Virus record (IMG/VR): IMGVR_UViG_3300030708_001843
Location: 1 to 26,986 of that record
From: a virus
Lineage: Duplodnaviria; Caudoviricetes
Length of the DNA stretch: 26,986 nt
Strand: one strand, 5' to 3'
Positions 1 through 9,587 of the stretch are shown here, piece by piece; the stretch's first letter is position 1, and every line of letters begins with the position of its first letter. Under the pieces are notes generated by a model. That model saw nothing but the letters and a program-made list of their open reading frames with translations, did not search any database and had not been told where the DNA came from. Made by a program: the position numbers and the translations under genes.

Positions 1-1353
1 AATAACTCCGCTATTCTATTAAGAGATAAAACAACAGCAAAACAATTCTCAGAACTAATGAAGTCTGTTAAAGAATTTGGAGAACCCGGATTTGTATGGT
101 CTGATTCCACAGAGCTAATAGTAAACCCTTGTGTTGAAATTGGTATGTGGCCTGTTGATGAAACAACAGGAGAAAGCGGCTGGCAGGCTTGCAACCTAAG
201 CACAATTAATTGTGCTAAAATAAAATCAGAAGAAGATTTTCTTGAAGCTTGCAAGGCGGCTTCTATAATTGGAACATTACAAGCTGGATTTGCTTCGTTC
301 TCGTATCTTGGAAAAACAAGCGAGAATATAGTATCAAGAGAAGCCCTACTTGGCGTTTCTATGACTGGCATCATGGAGCAGCACGAAATATGTTTAAGCC
401 CTGAAATGCAAAAATCTGGAGCTAAGACTGTTAAAAATGAAAATAAAAGAATCGCTAAAATCATTGGAATCAACCAAGCTGCTAGGACTACTTGCATCAA
501 ACCTGAAGGCACTAGCAGTTGCGTTCTTGGGACTAGTTCTGGTATCCATCCTCATCATGCCAAGCGTTATATTAGACGCGTTCAGGCTAATAAAATGGAA
601 CCGATCTACAACTACTTCAGAGAAGTAAATCCAAGAGCCTGCGAAGAATCTGTATGGTCGAATAACGACAGTGACGACGTGGTGGCTTTTTGTATTGAAG
701 TCCCCGCTGGAGCAAAAACTAAAAACCAAGTTGGAGCTATTGACCTTCTTAGTCATGTAAAAAGCACGCAACAAAACTGGGTAATCCCCGGCACTAATAA
801 AAGCCTTTGCACCCAACCTTGGCTTGTACATAACGTGTCTAATACTATTAATGTAAAGCCAGAAGAGTGGGAAGAAGTAGAAAAATTCATTTATAAAAAT
901 AGAAAGTTTTTCTGTGGGATTTCCTTATTACCAATTACTGGAGACAAGGATTATCCTCAAGCGCCATTTACCGCAATCTACTTACCAACAGAACAGGTTC
1001 GTCATTATGGGGACGCATCCTTGTTTGTTAGCGGTCTTATAGAAGTTGCCCTCAATCTATGGGAAGATAATCTATGGGCGGCGTGTGATTCACTTCTTGG
1101 TGTTGGAGCCAAGATAAAAGGAAACGGTAAAAAAGAATGGTCTGATAGATGCAAAAGGTTTGCTGAGAGGTACTTTGAAGGCGACCTTAGAAAACTTACA
1201 TATTGTATGAAAGATGTTTACAACTGGAAAGAGTGGGTAGACCTAAATAGGGAATACACTTCGGTTGACTATACAGAAGTCATAGAAGAAGAAAACAATG
1301 TCAAGCCTGAACAGGAATGGGCTTGCGCTGGTGGAAAGTGTGACATTATCTAG
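1..1353 (+). CDS. nrdJ: Class II (adenosylcobalamin-dependent, monomeric RTPR-type) ribonucleotide reductase, 5'-truncated by window edge
   Basis: Frame is open from base 1 (NNSAILL..., part of the SNNS motif). Catalytic NPCVEI, CNL, TCIKPEGT, YPQAP and C-terminal redox pair CAGGKC are present. No class I C-terminal YY pair is seen. Confidence 0.9.
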   Translation, partial: NNSAILLRDKTTAKQFSELMKSVKEFGEPGFVWSDSTELIVNPCVEIGMWPVDETTGESGWQACNLSTINCAKIKSEEDFLEACKAASIIGTLQAGFASFSYLGKTSENIVSREALLGVSMTGIMEQHEICLSPEMQKSGAKTVKNENKRIAKIIGINQAARTTCIKPEGTSSCVLGTSSGIHPHHAKRYIRRVQANKMEPIYNYFREVNPRACEESVWSNNDSDDVVAFCIEVPAGAKTKNQVGAIDLLSHVKSTQQNWVIPGTNKSLCTQPWLVHNVSNTINVKPEEWEEVEKFIYKNRKFFCGISLLPITGDKDYPQAPFTAIYLPTEQVRHYGDASLFVSGLIEVALNLWEDNLWAACDSLLGVGAKIKGNGKKEWSDRCKRFAERYFEGDLRKLTYCMKDVYNWKEWVDLNREYTSVDYTEVIEEENNVKPEQEWACAGGKCDII

Positions 1354-1362
1354 GAGATTAAA

Positions 1363-1818
1363 ATGGCAACTCATACAGCAAGTGCTGTCGTTGGTTTTAA
1401 ATTTTTTGAAGTAAAGAAACTAACAGAAACCGCTACCGCTCCAAGCAAGGGACATCCTTACGATGCTGGGTGGGATCTATACGCAGATGAAGATACAACA
1501 TTGTGGCCAGAAGAAACCAAGCTAATATCCACAGGAATAGCAATGGCTCTCCCTAAACATCACGTTGGTTTGATATGGGACAGGTCTTCAATGGGTGTCA
1601 AAGGAATCCATCGTCATGCAGGTGTGATTGATTCTGGCTACCGTGGCGAAGTAAAAGTCTGCCTCCACAACACAACTACAGAAATGTACCAAATTAAAAA
1701 GGGCGAAAGAATAGCCCAACTACTAATACAAGAAACCCCAATGTTTAGATTACACGAAGTAGATGAACTAGACTCAACAGATCGGGGTTCTGGCGGGTTT
1801 GGTTCTACAGGTAAATAA
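1363..1818 (+). CDS. dut: Trimeric dUTPase
   Basis: Motifs AGWDL, RSS, GVIDSGYRGE, RIAQL, RGSGGFGSTG; RBS AGGAG just upstream. Confidence 0.97.
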   Translation: MATHTASAVVGFKFFEVKKLTETATAPSKGHPYDAGWDLYADEDTTLWPEETKLISTGIAMALPKHHVGLIWDRSSMGVKGIHRHAGVIDSGYRGEVKVCLHNTTTEMYQIKKGERIAQLLIQETPMFRLHEVDELDSTDRGSGGFGSTGK

Positions 1819-1821
1819 TAC

Positions 1822-2517
1822 ATGTCCAGAAGAAAAACTAATGACACGGGACATACCAAAAGAAGGAAAGCGTTAAAACCGAAAACGAAAAACCAAGAAA
1901 AGTACATTGGTTTAATGTCAAAAAATGACGTTACCTTTTGTACTGGGCCTGCTGGAACAGGGAAAACAGCAGTTGCTGTTGGTCTTGCTTGTGACTATTT
2001 ATTAGACAAGAGGGTTGAGAAGATCATTGTTACTAGACCAGTGATTGAGTCTGGTCGGGGGCTAGGTTTTTTGCCGGGAACTTTTGAAGAGAAGATACAC
2101 CCATATCTAGTTCCTGTAATAGAAGAGATGGAATATAGGCTGAATACAAATAGAGTTCAAGCTTACAGAGATGAGGGCAGGATAGAAGTTTGTCCATTAG
2201 AGTATATGAGAGGGCGAAATTTTCATAATTGCTTTATGATATTAGATGAAGCCCAAAATGCTACGTTTGAACAACTAAAAATGTTTATAACTAGAATTGG
2301 CTGGGACTCAAAAGCTGTAATTAATGGAGACATCGACCAGACTGATCTTATCAAAAAAGATCAGGGTGGATTAGAGGAATTTTTAGACCGATTGGATAAC
2401 GTCGATGGAGTTGGGATTGCCGAATTGACCCAAGATGATATAATAAGAAATAAAATTATTTCAAAAATCTTAAACGCTCTCTACGACGAACCTATAACGT
2501 ATGGAAAGCATTATTAA
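1822..2517 (+). CDS. phoH: PhoH-family ATPase
   Basis: GPAGTGKT Walker A, TRP, LGFLPG, YMRGR, ILDEAQN, TRIG, GDxxQxD motifs. Confidence 0.95.
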   Translation: MSRRKTNDTGHTKRRKALKPKTKNQEKYIGLMSKNDVTFCTGPAGTGKTAVAVGLACDYLLDKRVEKIIVTRPVIESGRGLGFLPGTFEEKIHPYLVPVIEEMEYRLNTNRVQAYRDEGRIEVCPLEYMRGRNFHNCFMILDEAQNATFEQLKMFITRIGWDSKAVINGDIDQTDLIKKDQGGLEEFLDRLDNVDGVGIAELTQDDIIRNKIISKILNALYDEPITYGKHY

Positions 2518-2877
2518 ATGCCCACTTATGACTATCTATGCAACGAATGCGGCTGCGAATTTGAGCAATTCCACGGCTTTAACCAAACTCCTGAACCATG
2601 CGAGTGCGGAAGCTCAGATATTAAAATAGTCATCAACGAAGCTCCTATGGCATTTGTGAAAGGCGAACCTACAACTCTTGGTCAGCTTGCTGAGTCAAAT
2701 ACAAAAAATATGGGCAGCTATGAACTCAGCGAAAAAAGAGCAAAGCAAGAAGAAGGAAATCTTAAAAAACAAAAGCCTAAAAACTGGATAGAAAAGTCTG
2801 GAAGTGCTACACAGTCAGAAATAAATAAAATGACAAAATCGCAAAAGGCTAAGTATATCCGAGAGGGTAAAAAGTGA
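2518..2877 (+). CDS. FmdB-family zinc-ribbon protein
   Basis: N-terminal MPTYDYLCNECGCEFE...CECGS matches the FmdB MPxYxYxCxxCG pattern; basic C-terminal extension. Confidence 0.8.
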   Translation: MPTYDYLCNECGCEFEQFHGFNQTPEPCECGSSDIKIVINEAPMAFVKGEPTTLGQLAESNTKNMGSYELSEKRAKQEEGNLKKQKPKNWIEKSGSATQSEINKMTKSQKAKYIREGKK

Positions 2878-3170
2878 ACCTTCCTCACAAACCCTCAGAT
2901 CAAGTTATAAAGTACAAAGACCTTGAAGAGGTTGATATAAAATGTGCAGACTGCGAAGAAGAGCTGTTTAAACTTCTTAGAGTTGCCTGCACTAGTAAAA
3001 AAAATAAACTAATAGTTGATTGCCCGTTTTGCGATGGGAGAAGTTGGCTCGTTGAAGTTGAGGGGGATTATTTCCAAGCGCCTCCTGATGATTTAATAGT
3101 TTATGACGTATACGAAAAAGACGGAGTCATTGTAATAGAACTAGAAGGAAAAGATGATGGAAGCGAATGA
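2874..3170 (+). CDS. Hypothetical zinc-ribbon protein
   Basis: GTGA overlap with the upstream stop; CADC and CPFC pairs. Confidence 0.65.
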   Translation: MNLPHKPSDQVIKYKDLEEVDIKCADCEEELFKLLRVACTSKKNKLIVDCPFCDGRSWLVEVEGDYFQAPPDDLIVYDVYEKDGVIVIELEGKDDGSE

Positions 3171-3480
3171 TTTCATAAAACAAAATACCACATCCTATAC
3201 GTATTACGACAAAGACGGAAATACCACAGAAGATATCTCTATGTCTTGTGCCTACATAGAAAAGTCTGGGGTTGAAGAAAGCTACAGAGAAAAATATCAT
3301 GTCAAAACAATTCGTGGCAATATATATGACCCTCAAGGTATAGATAGCAGGAAAGTAAATTCAATTAACAGTAAGTTCTCAAAGGTGTCAGAAGAGACGT
3401 TTGATCACTATATTAAATATTTGAAAACCAAACAGAGAAATCATTTCACTTGGGCTGACAGGAGTAATATTGATGTCTAA
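3157..3480 (+). CDS. Hypothetical protein
   Basis: In-operon ORF with a purine-rich AAGGAAAAG upstream; start is 3154 or 3157; no motif recognised. Confidence 0.6.
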   Translation: MEANDFIKQNTTSYTYYDKDGNTTEDISMSCAYIEKSGVEESYREKYHVKTIRGNIYDPQGIDSRKVNSINSKFSKVSEETFDHYIKYLKTKQRNHFTWADRSNIDV

Positions 3481-3796
3481 AAAAACAGGCAAGCTTACAA
3501 AGGTCGAAAAGTTTTATATAGAAAACAATAACGATAAAGATGTTAGCGAAATAGCAAAAGATCTAAATCGCACAGAAGCATCGGTTAAGAAACACATAGA
3601 AAAGTCTAGAATGGATCATGTAGATAAAGTTCAGGATGAAAAGTCTGATATCAGCGAACTCTTTGGTCATAAAGAAGATCGAGGTGTTACAATCATGACC
3701 CCAATGGCTTCAGAACTTGCTGATGAAACGAGATCTAAAAGAGTTAATGTTTCATCAAAACACAAAAACGCTATACATATTATCAAGAAAAAATGA
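3473..3796 (+). CDS. Hypothetical protein with N-terminal helix-turn-helix
   Basis: LTKVEKFYI...VSEIAKDLNRTEASVKKHI is HTH-like; RBS AGGAG upstream. Confidence 0.65.
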   Translation: MSKKTGKLTKVEKFYIENNNDKDVSEIAKDLNRTEASVKKHIEKSRMDHVDKVQDEKSDISELFGHKEDRGVTIMTPMASELADETRSKRVNVSSKHKNAIHIIKKK

Positions 3797-4275
3797 GCAT
3801 CTTCTTATCTAAAGAATTTGACGATTATATTAATGTCTATGCTGACAAAAACCCTCTCTGGATAGCGACTTTATCCAACGGCGAGCAAGTCTATCAAGAC
3901 GATGGAAGAGAAGGTATAGAACCAGCAAGCGCTTGGGTTAGACTAAAACAATATTGCAGCATTAATGATCTATACATTGAATCTATCAAGCTAAGAAATA
4001 AATCCCATATAGAAGAGTTAGGCTCTGGACATGATGGGTATTTCTTTTGCAAGTCTGCTGGGGCATTGCTGTTTGGCGATATGACTCAACACTCTTTTGT
4101 GTTTGGTACATTGACTGGAGAAAAACTCTCCGTAAGGAAATGGAGACTTCCTGAGTTAGTGCCGGAGTCCGTAGAGGAAAGAGACCCTTACGAGAATCCA
4201 GAATTTATCATTGCGAAAAAAGGAATATTGAATGAACAAAGGTTACAAGCACAAAACGACAGGTCAGGAATGTAA
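3793..4275 (+). CDS. Hypothetical protein
   Basis: ATGA-coupled to the upstream gene; 160 aa; no family recognised. Confidence 0.6.
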   Translation: MSIFLSKEFDDYINVYADKNPLWIATLSNGEQVYQDDGREGIEPASAWVRLKQYCSINDLYIESIKLRNKSHIEELGSGHDGYFFCKSAGALLFGDMTQHSFVFGTLTGEKLSVRKWRLPELVPESVEERDPYENPEFIIAKKGILNEQRLQAQNDRSGM

Positions 4276-4657
4276 CGCAGCTCAGTATATTGCTGAAATG
4301 GTATGCCTAAGAAAAGCCGAAAGAGAAAATGTAGGCAGACCAGCATACGCCCTTTGGAATACGAAAAAGTGGAAGAAAGAGTTCCAAAGCCAAGTAACAA
4401 AAGGTTACTCGCTTCTAAAAAAATACCACGAGAAAGCAATCATCAACGCTTTAAATTCTTACAAAGGAAAAGGTATATATTCTCTCAGGGTGGCTTGGCT
4501 TGAAGATATTATCAAAAAAGAACAAGCTAGACTAGATAAAATCAATAGCAGGGAAATTCAAGAAGTTGAATACAAAGACAACAGTCTTTCTACCCCTAAA
4601 CAACCATACGGAAAACAGAGTAAAATCTCAAGACTTAAGGATTTAGAAAATGAATGA
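4232..4657 (+). CDS. Hypothetical basic helical protein
   Basis: RBS AAGGAA upstream; overlaps both neighbours; Lys-rich. Confidence 0.6.
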   Translation: MNKGYKHKTTGQECNAAQYIAEMVCLRKAERENVGRPAYALWNTKKWKKEFQSQVTKGYSLLKKYHEKAIINALNSYKGKGIYSLRVAWLEDIIKKEQARLDKINSREIQEVEYKDNSLSTPKQPYGKQSKISRLKDLENE

Positions 4658-5720
4658 CGCAGCAACACTAAAAACCATTACCAAAAAGTATGGAAATATA
4701 CTAGTAAATGGTGCTGAAGTTTTTCAAGACTTAAAAGACATGCAGGTTATTCCTGTCAGTCCCGCTTTAGATTACGCTCTTGGTGGTGGATTTAGAGAAG
4801 GAACTTGGATTCAAATGATTGGAGATCCAAAGTCAGGAAAGACCACAACAGCTCTTCAGTTTGCCGCTAACTGTCAAAAGAAAGAATACGGCGAACGTCC
4901 TATATTTTATGTTAATGTTGAAGGCAGGTTAAGCACTAAGAACTTTGAGGGTGTACATGGACTTCAAGCTGATAAGATTACAGTAGTTCAATCTGAAAGC
5001 GAACCTCTTAGCGCAGAACAGTATTTAGGAGCTGTAGAAAAATTAGTAAAAGCTCATCCAAATTGCGTAGTAATTATTGATTCAATATCCAGCTTAATTG
5101 CACAGAAAGATTTAGATGAGGAAGTTAGAGGAGACTACAGACCGGGAGTTCCTAAGATACTATCTAACTTCTGTAAAAAAATGAGCAGCACAATTCCTAA
5201 GCAAAAAGCTATCGTTATAATGATCACTCATTTTATAGCTAATACTGGAGGCATGGGGAAAAAGAAGGTTGCAGATGGTGGAGTAAAGGTGCGATACCAA
5301 GCGGACACCATCCTTGAAATAGCATGGATTCAAGCTTGGAAAGATAAAAACGATGGCAATCAAATAGGCCAAGCTCTCCATTGGAAAGTAATCACCTCTG
5401 CCCTTGGTGGTTTTGTTGGCGGCGAAGCTATTGGTTGGCTTAGGTATGGAACTGGAATTGACTACAAGCAAGAAATGTTTGAACAGGCCAACGACTTCGA
5501 TTTGATTTCTGCTGCCGGAGCTTGGTACACTTGCGATTTCTTAATTGATAACCCAAAACCAATTAAAAAACTTCTCGAAGCAGAAGGCATTGAAGAAGGC
5601 GATGAAGAAAAGATTGCTAAATTCGTCAAGTTTCAAGGGCAAAACAAGCTCAAGGATTTTCTTGATGAGAACAATCTTTGGCCTTCTTTGCAAGATTCAT
5701 TAAAGGAAATGCTGTTTTGA
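4650..5720 (+). CDS. recA: RecA/UvsX-like recombinase
   Basis: SPALDYALGGG, Walker A GDPKSGKTT, VNVE catalytic Glu, Walker B IIDSI, GGVKVRYQAD (RecA GGxALKFYAS-like), AGAWY C-terminal motif. Divergent phage type. Confidence 0.88.
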   Translation: MNDAATLKTITKKYGNILVNGAEVFQDLKDMQVIPVSPALDYALGGGFREGTWIQMIGDPKSGKTTTALQFAANCQKKEYGERPIFYVNVEGRLSTKNFEGVHGLQADKITVVQSESEPLSAEQYLGAVEKLVKAHPNCVVIIDSISSLIAQKDLDEEVRGDYRPGVPKILSNFCKKMSSTIPKQKAIVIMITHFIANTGGMGKKKVADGGVKVRYQADTILEIAWIQAWKDKNDGNQIGQALHWKVITSALGGFVGGEAIGWLRYGTGIDYKQEMFEQANDFDLISAAGAWYTCDFLIDNPKPIKKLLEAEGIEEGDEEKIAKFVKFQGQNKLKDFLDENNLWPSLQDSLKEMLF

Positions 5721-6145
5721 GGGCGATTGGTTTTGATGGCAGGGAACGGTCATGGAATGTTTCCAAGCATGTTGTCTATGGAGATGACAAAAGACCTCGT
5801 TCTAAATTGCATATTTCTGCAAGAAAACTCTTGCGTCAAATTTTTCCGTATGATACAATCCTTGAGGAAGTTCCCCTTCCCGGTTCACATAAGCCATCAA
5901 GAAAATCCACCTTGTTTGTCGATTTCTTGATACCGTCAGAATCTCTGGCGGTCGAAGTTCACGGGCGGCAGCACTTTGAGTTTGTCGCCCATTTTCATGG
6001 TGACAAGGCAGGGTTTCGGAAGTCAAAAGCAAGAGACAGAGACAAGGCCAACTGGCTTCAAACAAATTCTATAGACCTTATCGCATTAAGCTATTCGGAA
6101 TCAGAGGATGAGTGGAAAAGAAGAATTATCAATCGAGAAGCTTGA
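5717..6145 (+). CDS. PD-(D/E)XK endonuclease (Vsr/DUF559-like)
   Basis: FVDFLIP...AVEVHGRQH...RDRDK pattern; probable TTG start overlapping the recA TGA (TTGA), with AAGGA RBS. Confidence 0.75.
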   Translation: MRAIGFDGRERSWNVSKHVVYGDDKRPRSKLHISARKLLRQIFPYDTILEEVPLPGSHKPSRKSTLFVDFLIPSESLAVEVHGRQHFEFVAHFHGDKAGFRKSKARDRDKANWLQTNSIDLIALSYSESEDEWKRRIINREA

Positions 6146-6605
6146 AAAGTTTATAGAAGATCTAGAAAGCTACACAAATGCTGAAGGTGTTATAAACATA
6201 GAGCATAATCCTGAAGTTGAAGGTATAATAAATCTTAGTTCTTTTGAACTAAAATCTCTAACAGCAGAAGAGTGTTGCGAGAAAGCGTTTGTTGTACAAG
6301 GTTATTGCAACTACCTACAAAAAATATACAACAAGCATCTAGCTAGATTTAAATGGTGCGAAGAACTCATAAACCACACTGTTGCTAGTAGGGCTAATAA
6401 TTTTGATAAGTACACAAAATGGGAAGTAAAAGTAAACTCAATCATAAGGGAGGATGAGTTCATACAAAAAGTATGGAGAGTTAAAAGGATTGCCGAAGGA
6501 AGAATAACCATTTTAACCGACACAGTGCGAGATGTCAGAAGACAGGCTGACACTCTTCTGGAGCTTGGACGGAGAAGAAGAAATGAACCCTATAGACACA
6601 ATTAA
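6108..6605 (+). CDS. Helical/coiled-coil protein, possible UvsY-like recombination mediator
   Basis: Looks all-helical, 165 aa, two genes downstream of the recombinase. The UvsY assignment is inference only. Confidence 0.4.
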   Translation: MSGKEELSIEKLEKFIEDLESYTNAEGVINIEHNPEVEGIINLSSFELKSLTAEECCEKAFVVQGYCNYLQKIYNKHLARFKWCEELINHTVASRANNFDKYTKWEVKVNSIIREDEFIQKVWRVKRIAEGRITILTDTVRDVRRQADTLLELGRRRRNEPYRHN

Positions 6606-7041
6606 AAAAGGAATAATTAATAATGATATGGAGCAAATTATTCAGGGCTTCTCAGTCCTCACAGGAGAAGAAGTCCGACCAGCAGGAGGAAAGTCAGAGC
6701 AACGAGGAAGCTCAGAGCCAGAACCAGAAAAATCTGAAACACACTCCGAAACCTTGCAGCCATCAGTGCAGGTGCGGTCGAAAGACTTAGACTTTTCTAC
6801 AGAACCCAGAGAAGTTGAATCAAGGTTTGGTAGAAAAGAACCTATTGAAGTTGGATCAAATCAATTTACTGATGATGGCGTTGAAGCAAAAGATGTCACA
6901 ACGCCAGATGTCCCTAGAACAAAAAGAAGACCTCCTGTGAAATTGATTAAGGTTAAATGCCACGCCTGTGGGTCTGAAGAGGAAATTAACCCAATTTATA
7001 AAACCGGTAGCTACCATCGTTGCGGTAGGTGTGTTGGTTAA
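6583..7041 (+). CDS. Hypothetical protein with C-terminal zinc ribbon
   Basis: Probable ATG at 6583 after GGAGAAGAAG; low-complexity linker; C-terminal CHACG...CGRC; TAATG-coupled to dnaB. Confidence 0.65.
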   Translation: MNPIDTIKKGIINNDMEQIIQGFSVLTGEEVRPAGGKSEQRGSSEPEPEKSETHSETLQPSVQVRSKDLDFSTEPREVESRFGRKEPIEVGSNQFTDDGVEAKDVTTPDVPRTKRRPPVKLIKVKCHACGSEEEINPIYKTGSYHRCGRCVG

Positions 7042-8531
7042 TGACAAAAGAGCTTACTAACCCTGTTGCAGAAAGAGCCGTTCTCGCTGGTCTTATCCAG
7101 CATGGGAGCGATGCGTTTATTGATATTAACGGAACAATAGACGAAAAATCTTTTACTGTAGAAGAAAACCAAATAGTTTGGTCATGTCTAAAAAAGCTAT
7201 TTGAAAATTCAGACACGGTTGACTTGCCAACCTTGTATGGGGCTGCTAAAGCTATCAACCTAGACTCCGTATTCATGGAGAGGGTTCCTAAAGATTATTA
7301 CAAACGACTTTCAGCAATAAATGTAGAATTAAGCAATGTCAAGCATCAAGCGCTGACACTTTGTAAATTTGATATTGCAAGAGATGTTGATGCTACAGCA
7401 TCTCAAATACAAAGAAATATCAGAGGAATCACTGGCGACGAAACGATCAGCCAGATAATAAGTATCGGTGAAACCCCTTTCTTTGATTTCTCTGCCAACC
7501 TTAACAACCAGATTGAAAATGCCCCTGTTCACATCGGGGAAGATATTGATGAATACATTCAACACTTAATAGATAACCCTTGCGAAATGATGGGTATAAG
7601 CACAGGCTTTCCACGTTTCGACAAAGCCATTGGGGGTGGTTTAAGGCGAGGTAATGTAGATTTAATTGCAGCAAGAGCTAAGGCTGGTAAAAGTTTATTT
7701 GCAGATAGCGTTGCGCTTCATGTTGCAGGCAAGTTGGGTATTCCTGTTTTAATGCTCGATACAGAAATGTCTAAAGAAGACCATATCCATCGCTTGCTTG
7801 GAAATATAACCGACATTCCAATTAATGATATATCTACAGGAAAATTTGGCAAATCTCAAGGACTGCAAGAAAGAGTTCGTCAAGGAGTAGAAACACTAAA
7901 GAACATACCTTATAAGTATGTTACTATTGCTGGTATGGATTTTGATGAAACTCTAGCGGTCATGCGACGATGGAAAGAAAGGGAAGTTGGCAGAGATGAG
8001 AATGGAAAAACCAAACCATGTTTGATTATTTATGATTATCTTAAACTGACCAGTTCCTCTCAAATGAATGACATGAAAGAGTTTCAAGCTCTTGGTTATC
8101 AGATGCAAAGTCTAGTCAATTTTACAATCAAGGAAAATGTACCCTGCCTTTCTTTCGTTCAGTTAAACAGGGATGGATTAACTCGTGAATCAGAGGATGT
8201 CATTAGTGGATCAGATAGACTTTCTTGGTTTTGTAGTAGTCTTACCATATTCAAAAAGAAATCAGACGAAGAATTAGCAGAAGATGCTGGAGCTAGTGGT
8301 AACAGAAAATTAGTTCCTCTAATCGCTCGTCATGGAGGTGGGCTTTCAGATGATTTCGACTATATAAACATGAATCTAAATGGCGACTTTGGAAGAATAG
8401 ATGAAGGTTTTACAAAGTCTGAATATGTTTTAGCGAACAAAAAAAAGAAAGAAGGATTTGATAATAACGTACATAGTGGAGAAGAAGGATTCACTATAGA
8501 AGAAGATATTGACCCGGAGAAACCATTTTGA
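7041..8531 (+). CDS. dnaB: DnaB-family replicative helicase
   Basis: N-terminal AERAVLAGL, GISTGFPRFD, Walker A AARAKAGKS, TEMS, IIYDYL, QLNR, GSD motifs. Confidence 0.95.
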   Translation: MTKELTNPVAERAVLAGLIQHGSDAFIDINGTIDEKSFTVEENQIVWSCLKKLFENSDTVDLPTLYGAAKAINLDSVFMERVPKDYYKRLSAINVELSNVKHQALTLCKFDIARDVDATASQIQRNIRGITGDETISQIISIGETPFFDFSANLNNQIENAPVHIGEDIDEYIQHLIDNPCEMMGISTGFPRFDKAIGGGLRRGNVDLIAARAKAGKSLFADSVALHVAGKLGIPVLMLDTEMSKEDHIHRLLGNITDIPINDISTGKFGKSQGLQERVRQGVETLKNIPYKYVTIAGMDFDETLAVMRRWKEREVGRDENGKTKPCLIIYDYLKLTSSSQMNDMKEFQALGYQMQSLVNFTIKENVPCLSFVQLNRDGLTRESEDVISGSDRLSWFCSSLTIFKKKSDEELAEDAGASGNRKLVPLIARHGGGLSDDFDYINMNLNGDFGRIDEGFTKSEYVLANKKKKEGFDNNVHSGEEGFTIEEDIDPEKPF

Positions 8532-9586
8532 GAAAGCTTTCAACAAAAGAACTGAAAAAGCTTTCAGACTTGATTGCAGCTAATATAGTACCTATACTTG
8601 CTACAAAATTTAATATAGAAGTTAATGACTTTGGTGACTATATTTCTTGTGCTTGTCCAGTACATGAAGGAGACAATCCAAACGCTTTCACAATGAATAT
8701 TGAAATTGATCACCCTTATTTCGGTTTGTGGAAATGCTGGACTCAAGACTGTCACGAAGAACATATAAATACACCAGTCGGATTAATTCGCGTTTTGCTT
8801 TCTAGAGAGCTAGAAAAAAACATTTCATTTGATGAGACAGTTGAATACTGCATGAATTTAGTTGAGACTAATTTTGAAGATTTAAACAAAGAATCTGGCT
8901 CAGTCAAATTTGCCAACAAGTCTTCTGGTATTCAAAAAGCCTTAGAAAAAAGAGAAAAGAACAAAGCAAAAGGAATTCCAAGAGACTTGGTAAGAAACTC
9001 ATTAAAGAGACCTGCTGAATATTATTTAAAGAGAGGGTATTCAAAAGAAGTTTTAGATCAATTCGATGTTGGTGTTTGCGCAGACCCTAATAAACAAATG
9101 AGAAACAGGGTTGTAGCTCCCGTATACGATGATGACTTCAACTGCATGGTTGGTTGCGTAGGCAGGGTCATGCACGAAAACTATAATGGAAGAAAGTGGA
9201 TTAACTCAAAAGATTTTTATGCGGGTGCTTGGCTTTATGGGTACTGGCTCTCTAAGGATAACATTCGCAAAACACAAACTGCTGTATTAGTTGAAGGACA
9301 AGGAGATGTCTGGAGACTATGGGAAGCTGGCATAACAAATGTTGTTGGTATGTTTGGTTCCAGTCTGACTGACACACAGGCTAGAATACTTGAAACCTCT
9401 GGTGCTTTTACATTGGTATTATTAACAGATAATGATGAAGCAGGCCAAAAAGCTAAAAAAGCTATAAAGAAGAAGTGCGAAAGAAATTTTAATATAGTCG
9501 AAATTGACGTTCCAACTAAAGATGTTGGAGAAATGAGTGTCGATCAAATTACTAAAGACATCACACCTAAATTACAGGAAATATAA
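8528..9586 (+). CDS. dnaG: DnaG-type DNA primase (CHC2 zinc finger + TOPRIM)
   Basis: CPVH...CWTQDC zinc-binding domain, YYLKRG, RNRVVAP, LVEGQGD, DNDEAGQKA, KDVGE; TTGA overlap with dnaB. Confidence 0.93.
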   Translation: MRKLSTKELKKLSDLIAANIVPILATKFNIEVNDFGDYISCACPVHEGDNPNAFTMNIEIDHPYFGLWKCWTQDCHEEHINTPVGLIRVLLSRELEKNISFDETVEYCMNLVETNFEDLNKESGSVKFANKSSGIQKALEKREKNKAKGIPRDLVRNSLKRPAEYYLKRGYSKEVLDQFDVGVCADPNKQMRNRVVAPVYDDDFNCMVGCVGRVMHENYNGRKWINSKDFYAGAWLYGYWLSKDNIRKTQTAVLVEGQGDVWRLWEAGITNVVGMFGSSLTDTQARILETSGAFTLVLLTDNDEAGQKAKKAIKKKCERNFNIVEIDVPTKDVGEMSVDQITKDITPKLQEI

Positions 9587-9587
9587 A

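Noticed and set aside
1822-2517. phoH as a novel auxiliary metabolic gene
   Set aside because: PhoH is common in large phages, so it is not unusual by itself.
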